From Eledone cirrhosa (taxonomy: Eukaryota), in assembly GCA_964016885.1 (NCBI GenBank), contig OZ024740.1, positions 149,110,001 to 149,174,000 of the forward strand: 64,000 nt of DNA. The letters are read 5' to 3'. Positions 52,040 through 64,000 of the stretch are shown here, piece after piece. Numbering within the stretch: position 1 is the first letter of the stretch; every line of letters starts with the position of its first letter. The position numbers were made by a program, and so were the translations under genes. The notes under the pieces are model-generated. The model saw only the letters and a program-made list of their open reading frames with translations, had not been told where the DNA came from and did no database searches.

Positions 52040-52255
52040 TTGTTATTATTATTATTTGTCACGGTGGATTGGCAGTATCAGTAGAGAGTCGGACGCCATG
52101 CTTTCCAGCATAGGTACGTCCCTTTACGATCTGAGTTCAAATCCCGCCGAGGTTGACTTTGCCTTTCATCCTTACGGGGTCGATAAAATAAAGTACCAGT
52201 AATGTACTGGGTAATTGCTGGCCTTATGCCTAAAGTAGAAACAATTATTATTATT
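52040..52255 (+). mobile_element. tRNA-derived SINE (family S1); partial copy also at 51948-52025
   Basis: GGTGGATTGGCAGTATCAGTAGAG head, GAGTTCAAATCCC B box, shared body and tail. Confidence 0.82.
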
Positions 52256-52487
52256 TGTAACGGTTTTGTTCTGGCAGATTTTATACCGACACTATACCAA
52301 AAGAGCGAGCCATAGCCAATGGCTAAAGGTCCTTTTGGACGGTCATTACTTCTCCTTCAATTTTCCAACACTCTTCTTAGAATTCTTGCTGTTCCCAGCA
52401 AGGCTGTTTTCTGCAGCAATCCTGTCCTGATGGTAATTCTTATCTTCTCAAGCCATGCAGCCAACCTTCTACTAACTGCTCCCAGTG
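52256..52487 (-). mobile_element. Short 3' fragment of an R4/Dong-type LINE
   Basis: Minus strand translates LLQKTALLGTARILRRVLEN. Confidence 0.7.
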
Positions 52488-53689
52488 CTAATTCAAATAT
52501 TTGAAATAGTGTTACACATTTCTAAAGGGATTCACCAGAGTGCCAGTGCTTTATGCATTGTTTTTGTGTGTTGGCTTGATTTTTTGATATTTATGATTAA
52601 ATTTTCTTTCACCATATCCGTTATCTTATCTGATTTACAAAGATATATATTTACTAATTTTGATAATCTTTTTGGAATTAAGCCTCACCACCCGTGAAGG
52701 TATATGTTTCTTCAGAATTCATAAGTTTGTAATATAATAATAATACTTGTTTATTATTCCTCTGGCAAGTTACATTTCGTTCGATAGTATTTAGTATCGG
52801 GGCACGGATAATATCTATGGAATAGACTCGACAAATATTTTTCTACATAAAATTTGTCCAGGATAGAGCAAACTTTATATATAAAATGTCTCAACTGTTT
52901 TACAGTGCTCGCTATGTTTTATATCTTCGAGTCCCTTCCTTATTCAATGTCACATGTGTGATAAGTGCAACCATGAATCAATTGATTTGATGCTCAAAAA
53001 CTAGAAAACCCAAATTTGTCCTTAAAGTATAAAAACAGACTATCCATAATGCTGAACTAAATCTTTTCTAATGAGATATACTGGAAACTAATATTCACCC
53101 ACATCTTAAAGCTCAAATGCACGAAAATTACATTTTTTTCGTGCAATATAGATTACCAAATTTTACAATATATAACGTATTATTACTGATTGAATATTCT
53201 ATATTAGAAATGTCTTTATGTTGTTATTGCTGTTATTATGTGTGAATATTTGCACTATTATTGTTATTTTGTGTCAATATTTGCATATGATTCCTAAGTG
53301 AACGTATATATTTTTTTCTTCCTAAATTCGCCATTAACGTATGTTTGATTAAGGAATAAATGAATTTAATAACACATCTTGAATTCTCAAGAGACAAAAA
53401 ACAACAATGGTAATTGAGACGAGGTACGAAACTATGATAAATGAAGAGGAAGCAAAATAAGAAGCAACTTTGGCAACACAAAACCGAAATTCAAACATGA
53501 TATATCCTGAGAAAATATTATCACGCTATAGTATTACTGAACGCTATATATTACTTAAACTAAAGAATACAAAATCTTTGCTCATACACTTGAGTTATTG
53601 GCAATAATTATTTTATATGGAGTATATTTTACGTGAAAAGATAGTGTAATGTTTTTTTTTATTATTTTATTTTTTCTGGAGACGCAATA

Positions 53690-53845
53690 TCGGTAGAGGG
53701 TCGGACGCCATGCTTTGACGTATAGAATTACGGTCCTTGCCATTCTGAGTTCAAATCCCGCCGAGGATAACTTTGCCTCTCATCCTTACAGGGTCGATAA
53801 AATAAAGTACCAGTAATGCACTGGGTATTTGCTGGCCTTGTGCCA
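53690..53845 (+). mobile_element. tRNA-derived SINE (family S1)
   Basis: Same body as the copies at 17721 and 52040. Confidence 0.8.
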
Positions 53846-56145
53846 AACGTAGAAACAATTATTTATATTTGACTATTTTCTGTCTCTTTTATACACTCTA
53901 CCTAGAATATTGTAATTTGCCCGGTAGCTAATGTTTCGAGGTCTCTAAATGCATTTTATATTATCAACCACCAATATATTTAACTTCCCTTACAAATGCA
54001 TGCATATTACCTAGCTAATGATAAATATGTGATACATATTTGATACATATCATTCCGTTTTCACCATTGCAAGCCAAAATATTAATTTTCTAAAATGTTT
54101 ACGGATCTGCATCAGCATATCATACGATTATTTGTTTTTGTTAATAATTAGAAATTATTTGGAAAAGAATCTGTAACATAAATACGTTCCTATTAATGGG
54201 TTTCTTTTCTATTTTCATATGAATTTAGATCGGGAAATCGTTAGGGAACTACACTAAATACTTTATCTCATACAGCTTTAGATTCCTACATTCTGGGTTG
54301 TCGTTTTAATGGGTGTTGGAGAGGACCTCTCTATAGAAGTGAGAAATCGGTATAAATTTAAATTATACATTTTAATATATGGCTCAATAAGAAATTAATA
54401 AATCGATGAATATATAACTAAAATGTTAATATGAGTAATTGATCTTGGTGATACAATAACTCTTCGCACTAACAACATAAATGTTTCTAGGGGAGGGGAA
54501 TCGTTCTTTCTTTGTGAAACATTCCCTTTCCAAAAATAAAATATCCATTAAGCGAACACAAGTTTATTTTCATTTTCTATCACCAAAGATATTCAAACCG
54601 TGACCATTCCATATTTTTACAAGCTCAGTCAATCATTATTTTCACAGATAGTAAGGTGTGATTTCAATTTGATTAATGTTTTAAAGCTGTTCTCAATCGC
54701 TCAGAGGAGCACATGATTGTGGTGTTTATAGTCATTTAAGTAATTACATAAAATTCAGTGAATTTTCTCAAAATTAATTTATATTAATTTAAATAACCAT
54801 CAATTTACCTTTATGAAACCATTTTATAGTACAATAAACATGAAAACTATAGTAATTAATGGTAAATGTGTTTGGAACAGTTTAAAACAATCATTTATAT
54901 ATAATGAGAGATTAAATTAAATGTCGCAAGAATCATTCTATCAGGTAAATATGTCGGTATTAAAAGAAACATTTTAATTAATGCATAATTTTTTTTTTTT
55001 ATATAAATCAAAAATTGATTTTAAATTATTTTTAATTTTATAGTTATAATCTCAAACGGGGCTAAACATAAATACTATATTTTAAGAACATTTTAACGCA
55101 TTATCTGTGATTCTTTCTTGCTCTAAGGCGATAATTATTGATTTAAAAGGAAACTATATATTGCGATAACATTAATCAAAACTATAAATAATTTTCTGTA
55201 AACATATTTGAGATTTAAGTAATTTGAATTTAAATTGGAATAGAATGTATGTTGATAGATGCCACCCATTTAGAGATAGATATACATTCTCACTGTTTCT
55301 ATTCTCCCTCCCGTAAATCTATTGCTTGCCGTCCCCATGCAATTTTCCCATCAACGTTTCATTTGATATGGTTCAATTTTGCCAAAGTTATTTCCAATAC
55401 ACTTATTTGCTCTCAAACGTAGTTACTATTAGTAAAAAGTATATTTGCAGTCAATCAAAAAATTAATTACTTAGTTTAAAACAATATGTATAAACATAAA
55501 CGCATAGAAACATATATACCTACACCCCACATAAATATTTACAATTAAACACGTATTTTCTTGTATACATGTGTGAAAATATTTATATGCCTCAATATAT
55601 CCAAACGTATATGCAACTGAATTCGTACAATATTACTCCATTTTATTGAGCTAATTAGATAGTTTCCTAGTTTCACTATTTTCCCATGACATCATTTCAA
55701 TTTACTAACATACGATCCAATTATTTCTCATCTTTACTAATTTTATATATAAAGTAACAACCACCTACAGTGACGTTCTCTCTCTCGGGAAGTTGTATAA
55801 CCTCATTAAGGAAAGTTTACACTTGAATTGCATGGTTGATGAGCGCATTATTTCATTCCTTCATAATTAATAGCTAACCCCAATTCAATTAAATTTTCTT
55901 TTGCGTTGAAGTCGAAAATTTAAATCATCTTCCCTTAAAATAATCAATTTTAGAAAGTATTTATGAATATATGCATGATTGAATAGCTGCATCGTGTGTT
56001 AATATAATTGCATATCTATATATCATGCACATATGTATGGATATATATGTATATATATATATCAAGGGAGTGTAACGCGAAGTTACTGTAGGTGAGCACT
56101 TGATGTTTAGGTTCACGTCAGTATCATTCTGTCATTACTACTACA

Positions 56146-56233
56146 GAGGTCTGACGACCTATTGATTCTAGACTCGGGCCAGATCGATACAGATCGAACT
56201 TTGAGCTGATCAGTAGCGAAACGCATGTCCCCA
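56146..56233 (+). ncRNA. Hammerhead ribozyme remnant in a solo pLTR-like island between (TA)n tracts
   Basis: CTGACGA c-ctattgatt...gatcagtag-c GAAA CGCATG TC, followed by AATAAA. Stem I is weak. Confidence 0.6.
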
Positions 56234-56274
56234 ACCAATAAATGTAACGAATGAGTAACCATTCTTCCTTGTAT

Positions 56275-56670
<396 letters not shown>

Positions 56671-56801
56671 AAAACCAGAAACCCTCCATCTCAATTCTAC
56701 TTTTGAAAAGCACAAGAACTGTGAAACCGGTAAAGGAACCAAATAAATAATTTTTTTTTTAAAAAGACACCATTTGCATTTTCGATTTCAAATTGTTTCC
56801 T

Positions 56802-56835
<34 letters not shown>

Positions 56836-57004
56836 CGTACATAAAAATATCTTCATTTAATGATGAGGTGGGGAAACTCCAGGGTAACAAAACTCATGAA
56901 TTAACGATTAAATAAAGATCTAAACTCTACTTCGTTATTGAGTACTTATTCTCACGTCCGACAATAATACATACACACACACATATATATATATATATGT
57001 ATAT

Positions 57005-57178
57005 ATATTAGAAATTATAAGCTTTCACCGTATTTTAGACTAAAGAAATTTCTAGCCAGATAGTGGGGTTTATAACCCTCGGAGAAATGGAAAAAGATGA
57101 GTGTTGCCGTACATGGGAGTCGAACCCACATCTTTGGTTATCCAGACCACTGTGATACCATTACACCAATACACATCC
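57005..57178 (-). mobile_element. tRNA-derived SINE (family S2)
   Basis: Reverse-complement homolog of 7578-7770. Confidence 0.75.
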
Positions 57179-57198
57179 CATCTCCTTCTATTCGAATT

Positions 57199-57320
57199 AG
57201 AAGCTATGAACTTAGCAAGTGAATGAGAAACAAGCAAATTATAAACGTAAACATCTATGTTTTTGATTTTACGTTTATAATTTGCTTGTTTATCATTCAC
57301 TTGCTAAGTTCATAGCTTCT
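57199..57320. repeat. Hairpin with ~53-bp arms
   Basis: AGAAGCTATGAACTTAGC...GCTAAGTTCATAGCTTCT with one arm mismatch. Confidence 0.9.
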
Positions 57321-57476
57321 TAATGAGATTAGTAGAGAGAGGGTGGAAGAAATGTACAGAGATTTATGGTCCAGTGATTAGTTGGCAGTTTGATAGTTAA
57401 TAGTGGTGCAATAGTGTGTATTCTATATGTTAAAATCTAGGTGGTTCAGTACTAATTTTGGGATTGCTGGTTCAAA

Positions 57477-58148
57477 TCATGGTGGTTTGAAGTTTGTAAA
57501 TCTAGTAGCTATTTTATGCCTACAGAAAATGGAGTTTTCTATTTTGCTGTTAAGCAGCATCCTATCGTGCCTTAAAATATGTAGCAGTTCTAAATTACAG
57601 AGCCCGCAGTGGGACATACCGTTGCTGTAGGCTTTTGCTGTCGATAATTTCGACCAGCTAATCTTATATTCTAGGTTTTTGTCCTTAAGCTGCCAGATTT
57701 TATTGGCGAACGTTGTAGAATTCTCCAATGCGCGGTTCCTATTGGAGTTTCTGTGGACGTACCACCTTTTCTTAAACTCCCCAGCTGTGGAACCTATGTA
57801 GTGCCAATTAGAGTTGCCTGAATTCACAGAACACAGGTATACCATGCTCGAATCCAGGCATCTATTCTGTAGTGGGCACTTATCTGGTAGGTGGCAATTA
57901 CAATTTGAGGTTTTATTTTGTGCAGGTTTGTCGTTGCGTTTTTGTAAGTTGTTGTGGATGGGCTGTGATTTAGGCCTATTAGTGTTTTGTTGTGATGCGT
58001 TCTGTTGCATTTGTGGTTGTGATGTTGTTGTGTGTTTGTGTTTTGTATTTGGTGCTATGGTGCGCGCTGGTAGGTTAATTTCTTTAGAGATATTTTTGTG
58101 GTTGATCTTACGTATGTGCGATTCTATATTGGCTGCAGTAGAGTATGA
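57477..58148 (-). pseudogene. Naiad-type PLE C, GIY-YIG 3' fragment (relative of element B)
   Basis: CNCHLPDKCPL..CL, YIGSTAG.FKKRW, CGLCNLE and FKPP end. Confidence 0.9.
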
Positions 58149-59433
58149 ATTAGACTCAGGCCTCTACCGTCCATACGACAAACCTAATGAAAATCTCAAA
58201 TACGTCAACAGACACTCCAACCACCCTAGGAGCATAATTAACTCAATAGTTAAAAGCGTCTCCAATAGAGTGTCCACCCTGTCGGCTAATAGAAATATCT
58301 TCTTACATTGAGAAGATTTCTTACATCGACCCAAATAGAACCGTAACGCCACTGTACATAACCGGACCCTTAGAAATGAACATAGAAGAAGTCGCCAACC
58401 CTAGGATAAATAATAACCTAAGACCCTCCGTAGCCGGTAGGGCAGCCAGCGTCACACACAACTGTCAAGGAGGTAAAGCCATACTCTCCAACCCCAATAA
58501 GGACTTCGACTATCACACACGTTTGCGTAGCAATAGAGACAAAAGACATAACGCCAATAGACTACTTGGAACCCCCATGACACATACGCCTGACCAAAAC
58601 GCACCCAAACTACCACCGAACCACAAAAACCTCACTAAATACCGCAGAACCCGAAGTAGACCTGTACCATGGTACCACGCGCCGTATTCTATACACGTCG
58701 CCACCAATATACCGGGAACCTTCTTCAGGGCTCTCGAACAATCCTCTCCACGCACACATAAATACCACAAGCTCTTCAATAGACACACTGTAAAATTATC
58801 TTTCTCCACAGCCCCAATCTAGGCCACACAATAGCACACACTTATAGGACAAAAATACGAAAACACATGGTTGCCCCACAACAAACCACCACCACAACCC
58901 AGAACGAAACTACACACACAACACAACACAACAACTCACATACCAGATCCACACTGCATGCCACCAACCGCCAACGTGCCACCACACCGGTTACACCCAA
59001 CTGCAACTGGAAAAAACGGGCCGAATGCCCACTAAACGGCGAGTGCCTCGTTAAAAACATTGTTTACCGGTGTGATGTCACAGCCGGCAATAAAGAGTAC
59101 TCATATATAGGTGCGACATCCACTACGTTTAAGGAGCGCTGGTATAACCATACAAACTCCTTTAAACATAGGCTGAAACGATCCCAAACCAGACTGGCCG
59201 ATTTGATCTGGGACCTCAAGGACGGGAACATCGAACTCGTGGTCAGTGAAAAGACGTGTGGCACAACTCCCCAGTGACAGAAACCACTGCAGGTTATGCC
59301 TGGCTGAGGCGGCAAAAATAATTAAATTAAAATCTTCCATAAACTAAAGGTCGGACATAATTGTCAATTGCAGACACACCAGGCTGAACACTTTTTCCGC
59401 ACAAACATTCGGGGGAGGGCCGCACACAGCATA
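58149..59433 (+). pseudogene. Naiad-type PLE D, thumb-linker-GIY-YIG fragment
   Basis: YRPYDKPN..SNHP, VPWYHAPYS, HKYHKLFNRHTVKLSFS, CNW..ECPLNGECL, YIGAT..FKERWYNH, CRLCLAE. Confidence 0.9.
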
Positions 59434-59523
59434 ATAATAATCACTTCTGCCCCGTCTCACCATCGCCCATCTCAGTGAATTTATTTTTTGTCCACGCATC
59501 GCCAGGTATCTTAGTTGAGAATG

Positions 59524-59606
59524 ACTCCCTGATGAAGAAAAGGTTTCTCCATGATCTCCATTTGGAGACTATGTATATTCCCTTTCAGAAACTAATTAGT
59601 TGGAGT
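59524..59606 (+). ncRNA. Type I hammerhead ribozyme
   Basis: actcc CTGATGA a-gaaaagg...ccctttc-a GAAA CTAATTAG TT ggagt. Confidence 0.82.
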
Positions 59607-60052
59607 GAAATTTAAGTAAGTAAGTTAATTACTATAATTTTCTTATTTTACGTTTTTCATAAAATTGTTCTGCATCCCCTTGCATTGAACCACAAAGTTA
59701 CTAAGACAAAACCTATATATTTGCTTGCATAGGTATATATCTGTATATATATGTTGGTAGATATACTAATTCTTTATAATTATCTCCAAATTATTTTGTT
59801 GAGCAAAAATTTGCCTAAATTACTACTATGGTGCATAGTATTAGCCTGGCTACTGTCTTTTTAACACCCCACTCCTCACTAATTAACCTCGATGTCACGT
59901 GACTGATTCTTTTGAATTTGCCACCGACCAAGAAGGCAGTGATTTTTTCAGTGTCTTGGAATTTAGTCCCCGCTTGCTCCTTTCCATCCACTGAATTATT
60001 TTTGTATAAGTTCCCTGTGTCCACGCATCGCCAGGTATCTTAGCTGAGAATG

Positions 60053-60135
60053 ACTCCCTGAAGAAGAAAAGGTTTCTTCATGATCCCCATTTGGAGACTA
60101 TGTATATTCACTTTAAGAAACTAATTAGTTGGAGT
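60053..60135 (+). ncRNA. Type I hammerhead ribozyme (second copy)
   Basis: actcc CTGAAGA ... GAAA CTAATTAG TT ggagt. Stem II is more degraded. Confidence 0.72.
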
Positions 60136-60183
60136 GAAATTTAAGTAAGTAAGCTAATTACTATAATATTCTTATTTTATGTT

Positions 60184-60187
<4 letters not shown>

Positions 60188-60234
<47 letters not shown>

Positions 60235-60524
60235 TATACATATATACATACATATACATATATACACATATATATACATATATACATATATATACATACA
60301 TACATATATATACATACTTATATATACATATATATATACATACATATATATACATATATATATACATACATATATATACATATATATATACATACATATA
60401 TATACATATATATATACATATATATATACATACATATATATACATATATATATACATACATATATATACATATATATATACATACATATATATACATATA
60501 TATATACATACATATATACATACA

Positions 60525-60562
<38 letters not shown>

Positions 60563-60803
60563 CATATATATATACATATATACATACATATATATATACA
60601 TACATATATACATACATATATATACATATATATATACATACATACATACATATATATACATATATATATACATACATACATACATATATATACATATATA
60701 TATACATATATACATACATATATATACATATATATATACATACATACATACATATATATACATATATATATACATACATACATACATATATATACATATA
60801 TAT

Positions 60804-60880
<77 letters not shown>

Positions 60881-60900
60881 ATGGAGAGAGAGAGAGAGAG
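60188..60900. repeat. Compound (TA)/(TACA) microsatellite followed by (GA)n
   Basis: Direct reading. Confidence 0.95.
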
Positions 60901-60956
60901 AAATATATTACACAAAGAGAAGTATGTTAAACAGTGAGATGTGTGCAAATAATTAT

Positions 60957-61477
60957 TACAGGTGAGTTTAACCGTTAGTGTATGTAGAACAATATCTACA
61001 GGTTAGCAATTAAATAGAAAAAAAAGTCAGAATCAAATCTCTGAAATAGAGTTTTAAATTACCAACCTTATAACTATAAGTTTGCAGATACGAATCTAGT
61101 TCGTTTCGCCACAGAAATGTGCAATTTAACAGCCCACAGGTTCCTCAGTCAGCAAATGTGGATTCTGTTCACGACACATCTAACCTCATGGATAGAGAGA
61201 AAGCTAATATACACGCTGCCCAGAGTAGGGCGAAATCTCGTGTTATTGTGTTATTTGCATCAAATAACGGCTCTCATGGATTGGGGAAAATGCTAGAGAG
61301 GGCAGCCCAACCAATCGAATTTATTAGCTCAACAATTTGGAGCTCGTTAAGTATACGAGGATCGGAATTAAGAGTATTCCGCAGTTCACAGTAATAATAA
61401 TAATATTAGCTCAAAGAAGAATAGAGAATTTAGATAGTAGATATTGTTCTCCATACAGTAACGGTTAAACTCACTTG

Positions 61478-61479
<2 letters not shown>
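60957..61479. mobile_element. ~520-bp element with 43-bp terminal inverted repeats and an internal HHR-like motif
   Basis: TACAGGTGAGTTTAACCGTTAGTGTATGTAGAACAATATCTAC matches the reverse complement of 61437-61479 with 3 mismatches. Confidence 0.7.
61081..61156 (-). ncRNA. Probable hammerhead ribozyme with full stem III
   Basis: tttgctga CTGAGGA acc...ggc GAAA CGAA-ctaga-TTCG TA tctgcaaa. Stem II is weak. Confidence 0.6.
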
Positions 61480-61514
<35 letters not shown>

Positions 61515-61786
61515 ATTATGTCATAACCACTCTAGAGAGCAGACGAGGATAATATACTTTACATAGTTTTAAAATTCGGTTGATCCAAATGACGTATCCT
61601 AGAGGGCGAGCAGTAGAAATGGGCTCTACAGATTAATAAATAATGTCCCTCCCGAAGACTTTCATACACAAACTATAAAGCAGTACATTATAATTTAGGA
61701 CTTTTAAGAACCAATTATGTATGCTCTATATGAACCTAAAATAACTGTGTAAATTTGCTTCCCGTGTTTTGTTTCATTTATTAACT

Positions 61787-62925
<1,139 letters not shown>

Positions 62926-63034
62926 TCTACCTGGAGTTGCGACCGATAGATAGTATTAGCAACTGGAAAGACCAACGGAAACATTGTTCCCTCGGTCCGA
63001 TTTGACGAAAGTCGATCATTCCTTTTATATATAT

Positions 63035-63091
<57 letters not shown>

Positions 63092-63114
63092 TATATATAT
63101 ATATATATACGCAC

Positions 63115-63145
<31 letters not shown>

Positions 63146-63642
63146 AATGAACTGGTGCGTGTCTCTGAGTCATATCGTTGGTGTGTGAATACACACAAAC
63201 ATACACACAAACATACACAAACACACACACACAGACACATATATACATACACACACACACATATATATATGATATTAATAAATGGCAACTATATTTATAA
63301 AACCATATTTATTCCATTATATATATTTCAAGGGTACCAATACTTTGGTACGCTTTCATCAGATAAAATACAAAGTTTGTTTTATAAATATTGACATATC
63401 CAGGAATGAGACCTTAACGGTTCAAGTTTTACCAGGTAAATATCATTGATTATACTCCAGAAAACCTGTCGAGGGCTTCGAATCAGTTATAAATATATAT
63501 ATATATTTGTTGAATTACCAATAAATTAAATATCCCTTTGCTTATATATATATATAGTTAAATATTAGATAGGAACAAAAAACAGAGAGGCAGTACAAAT
63601 GGTAGTTTATTAGGTTCATGCTTTTGAGAGTGGGGGGTGGTG

Positions 63643-63687
<45 letters not shown>

Positions 63688-63783
63688 GAAGTAATTCCGT
63701 CGGAAAAGTCCAGGAAAAAAGAGTGCTCTATGTAAGCAACAGAGCTTAATTATTATTATGTAATAAACAACATAAGGCAATTA

Positions 63784-63843
63784 TTCCATTTACCAGTGGT
63801 TTCTTAAAAGCAAAAGGTTTTGCTTTCAATCCTCAGAATGAAA
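63784..63843 (-). ncRNA. Type I hammerhead ribozyme, left arm of palindrome
   Basis: Reverse complement of 63932-63991. Confidence 0.85.
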
Positions 63844-63931
63844 AAATCCTGGTTTGTTTAGTGAATTTGGATCTTTAAAAAAAAACCGTTTTTTTTTTTA
63901 AGATCCAAATTCAATAAACAAACCAGGATTT

Positions 63932-63991
63932 TTTCATTCTGAGGATTGAAAGCAAAACCTTTTGCTTTTAAGAAACCACTGGTAAATGGAA
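63932..63991 (+). ncRNA. Type I hammerhead ribozyme, intact core
   Basis: ttcatt CTGAGGA ttgaaagcaaaa-cc-ttttgcttttaa GAAA CCACTGG TA aatgga. Confidence 0.87.
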
Positions 63992-64000
63992 TAATTGCCT

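Larger units (their letters stand above)
59489..60190 (+). repeat. Partial-tandem pLTR of element D (direct repeats 59489-59660 and 60018-60190)
   Basis: ~170-bp direct repeat with period 529. Each copy contains an HHR. Confidence 0.85.

Noticed and set aside
52500-56050. Host gene in the long AT-rich stretch
   Set aside because: No credible ORF or recognisable exon. It is probably intergenic or intronic.
58309-59277. TGA stops in element D as possible Sec codons
   Set aside because: They fall at a deletion junction and after a frameshift, not at conserved Cys sites.

Overview
AT-rich eukaryotic (animal) DNA, most likely a cephalopod or other mollusc. That assignment is inferred from the SINE and microsatellite content and has not been verified. 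No intact host gene is recognisable. The window is a nest of retroelements in (TA)n and (TTA)n microsatellites: several Penelope-like elements (Naiad-type plus one other clade), five L1/Tx1-type LINE copies, five R4/Dong-type RLE LINE pieces, an RTE-like remnant, a hAT transposon, a non-autonomous Helitron and three tRNA-derived SINE families. Reading the non-coding DNA by eye gave about 19 type I hammerhead ribozyme (HHR) motifs, both canonical and degenerate. The most notable signal is a set of ~430-bp non-coding units at 0.5-3.35 kb, 12.6-13.25 kb and 16.2-16.6 kb. They diverge in sequence but share one layout: octamer, ~33 nt, TATATA, 46-49 nt, HHR, then covarying 3' hairpins. At the first two loci they are arranged as partial tandems plus head-to-head inversions; the third is a single unit. 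They look like retrozymes that carry their own snRNA-type promoter and are mobilised by Penelope-like elements. A second pattern is opposite-strand targeting of (TTA)n tracts by Tx1 and Dong/R4 LINEs. Coordinates were read manually, so element boundaries are approximate.
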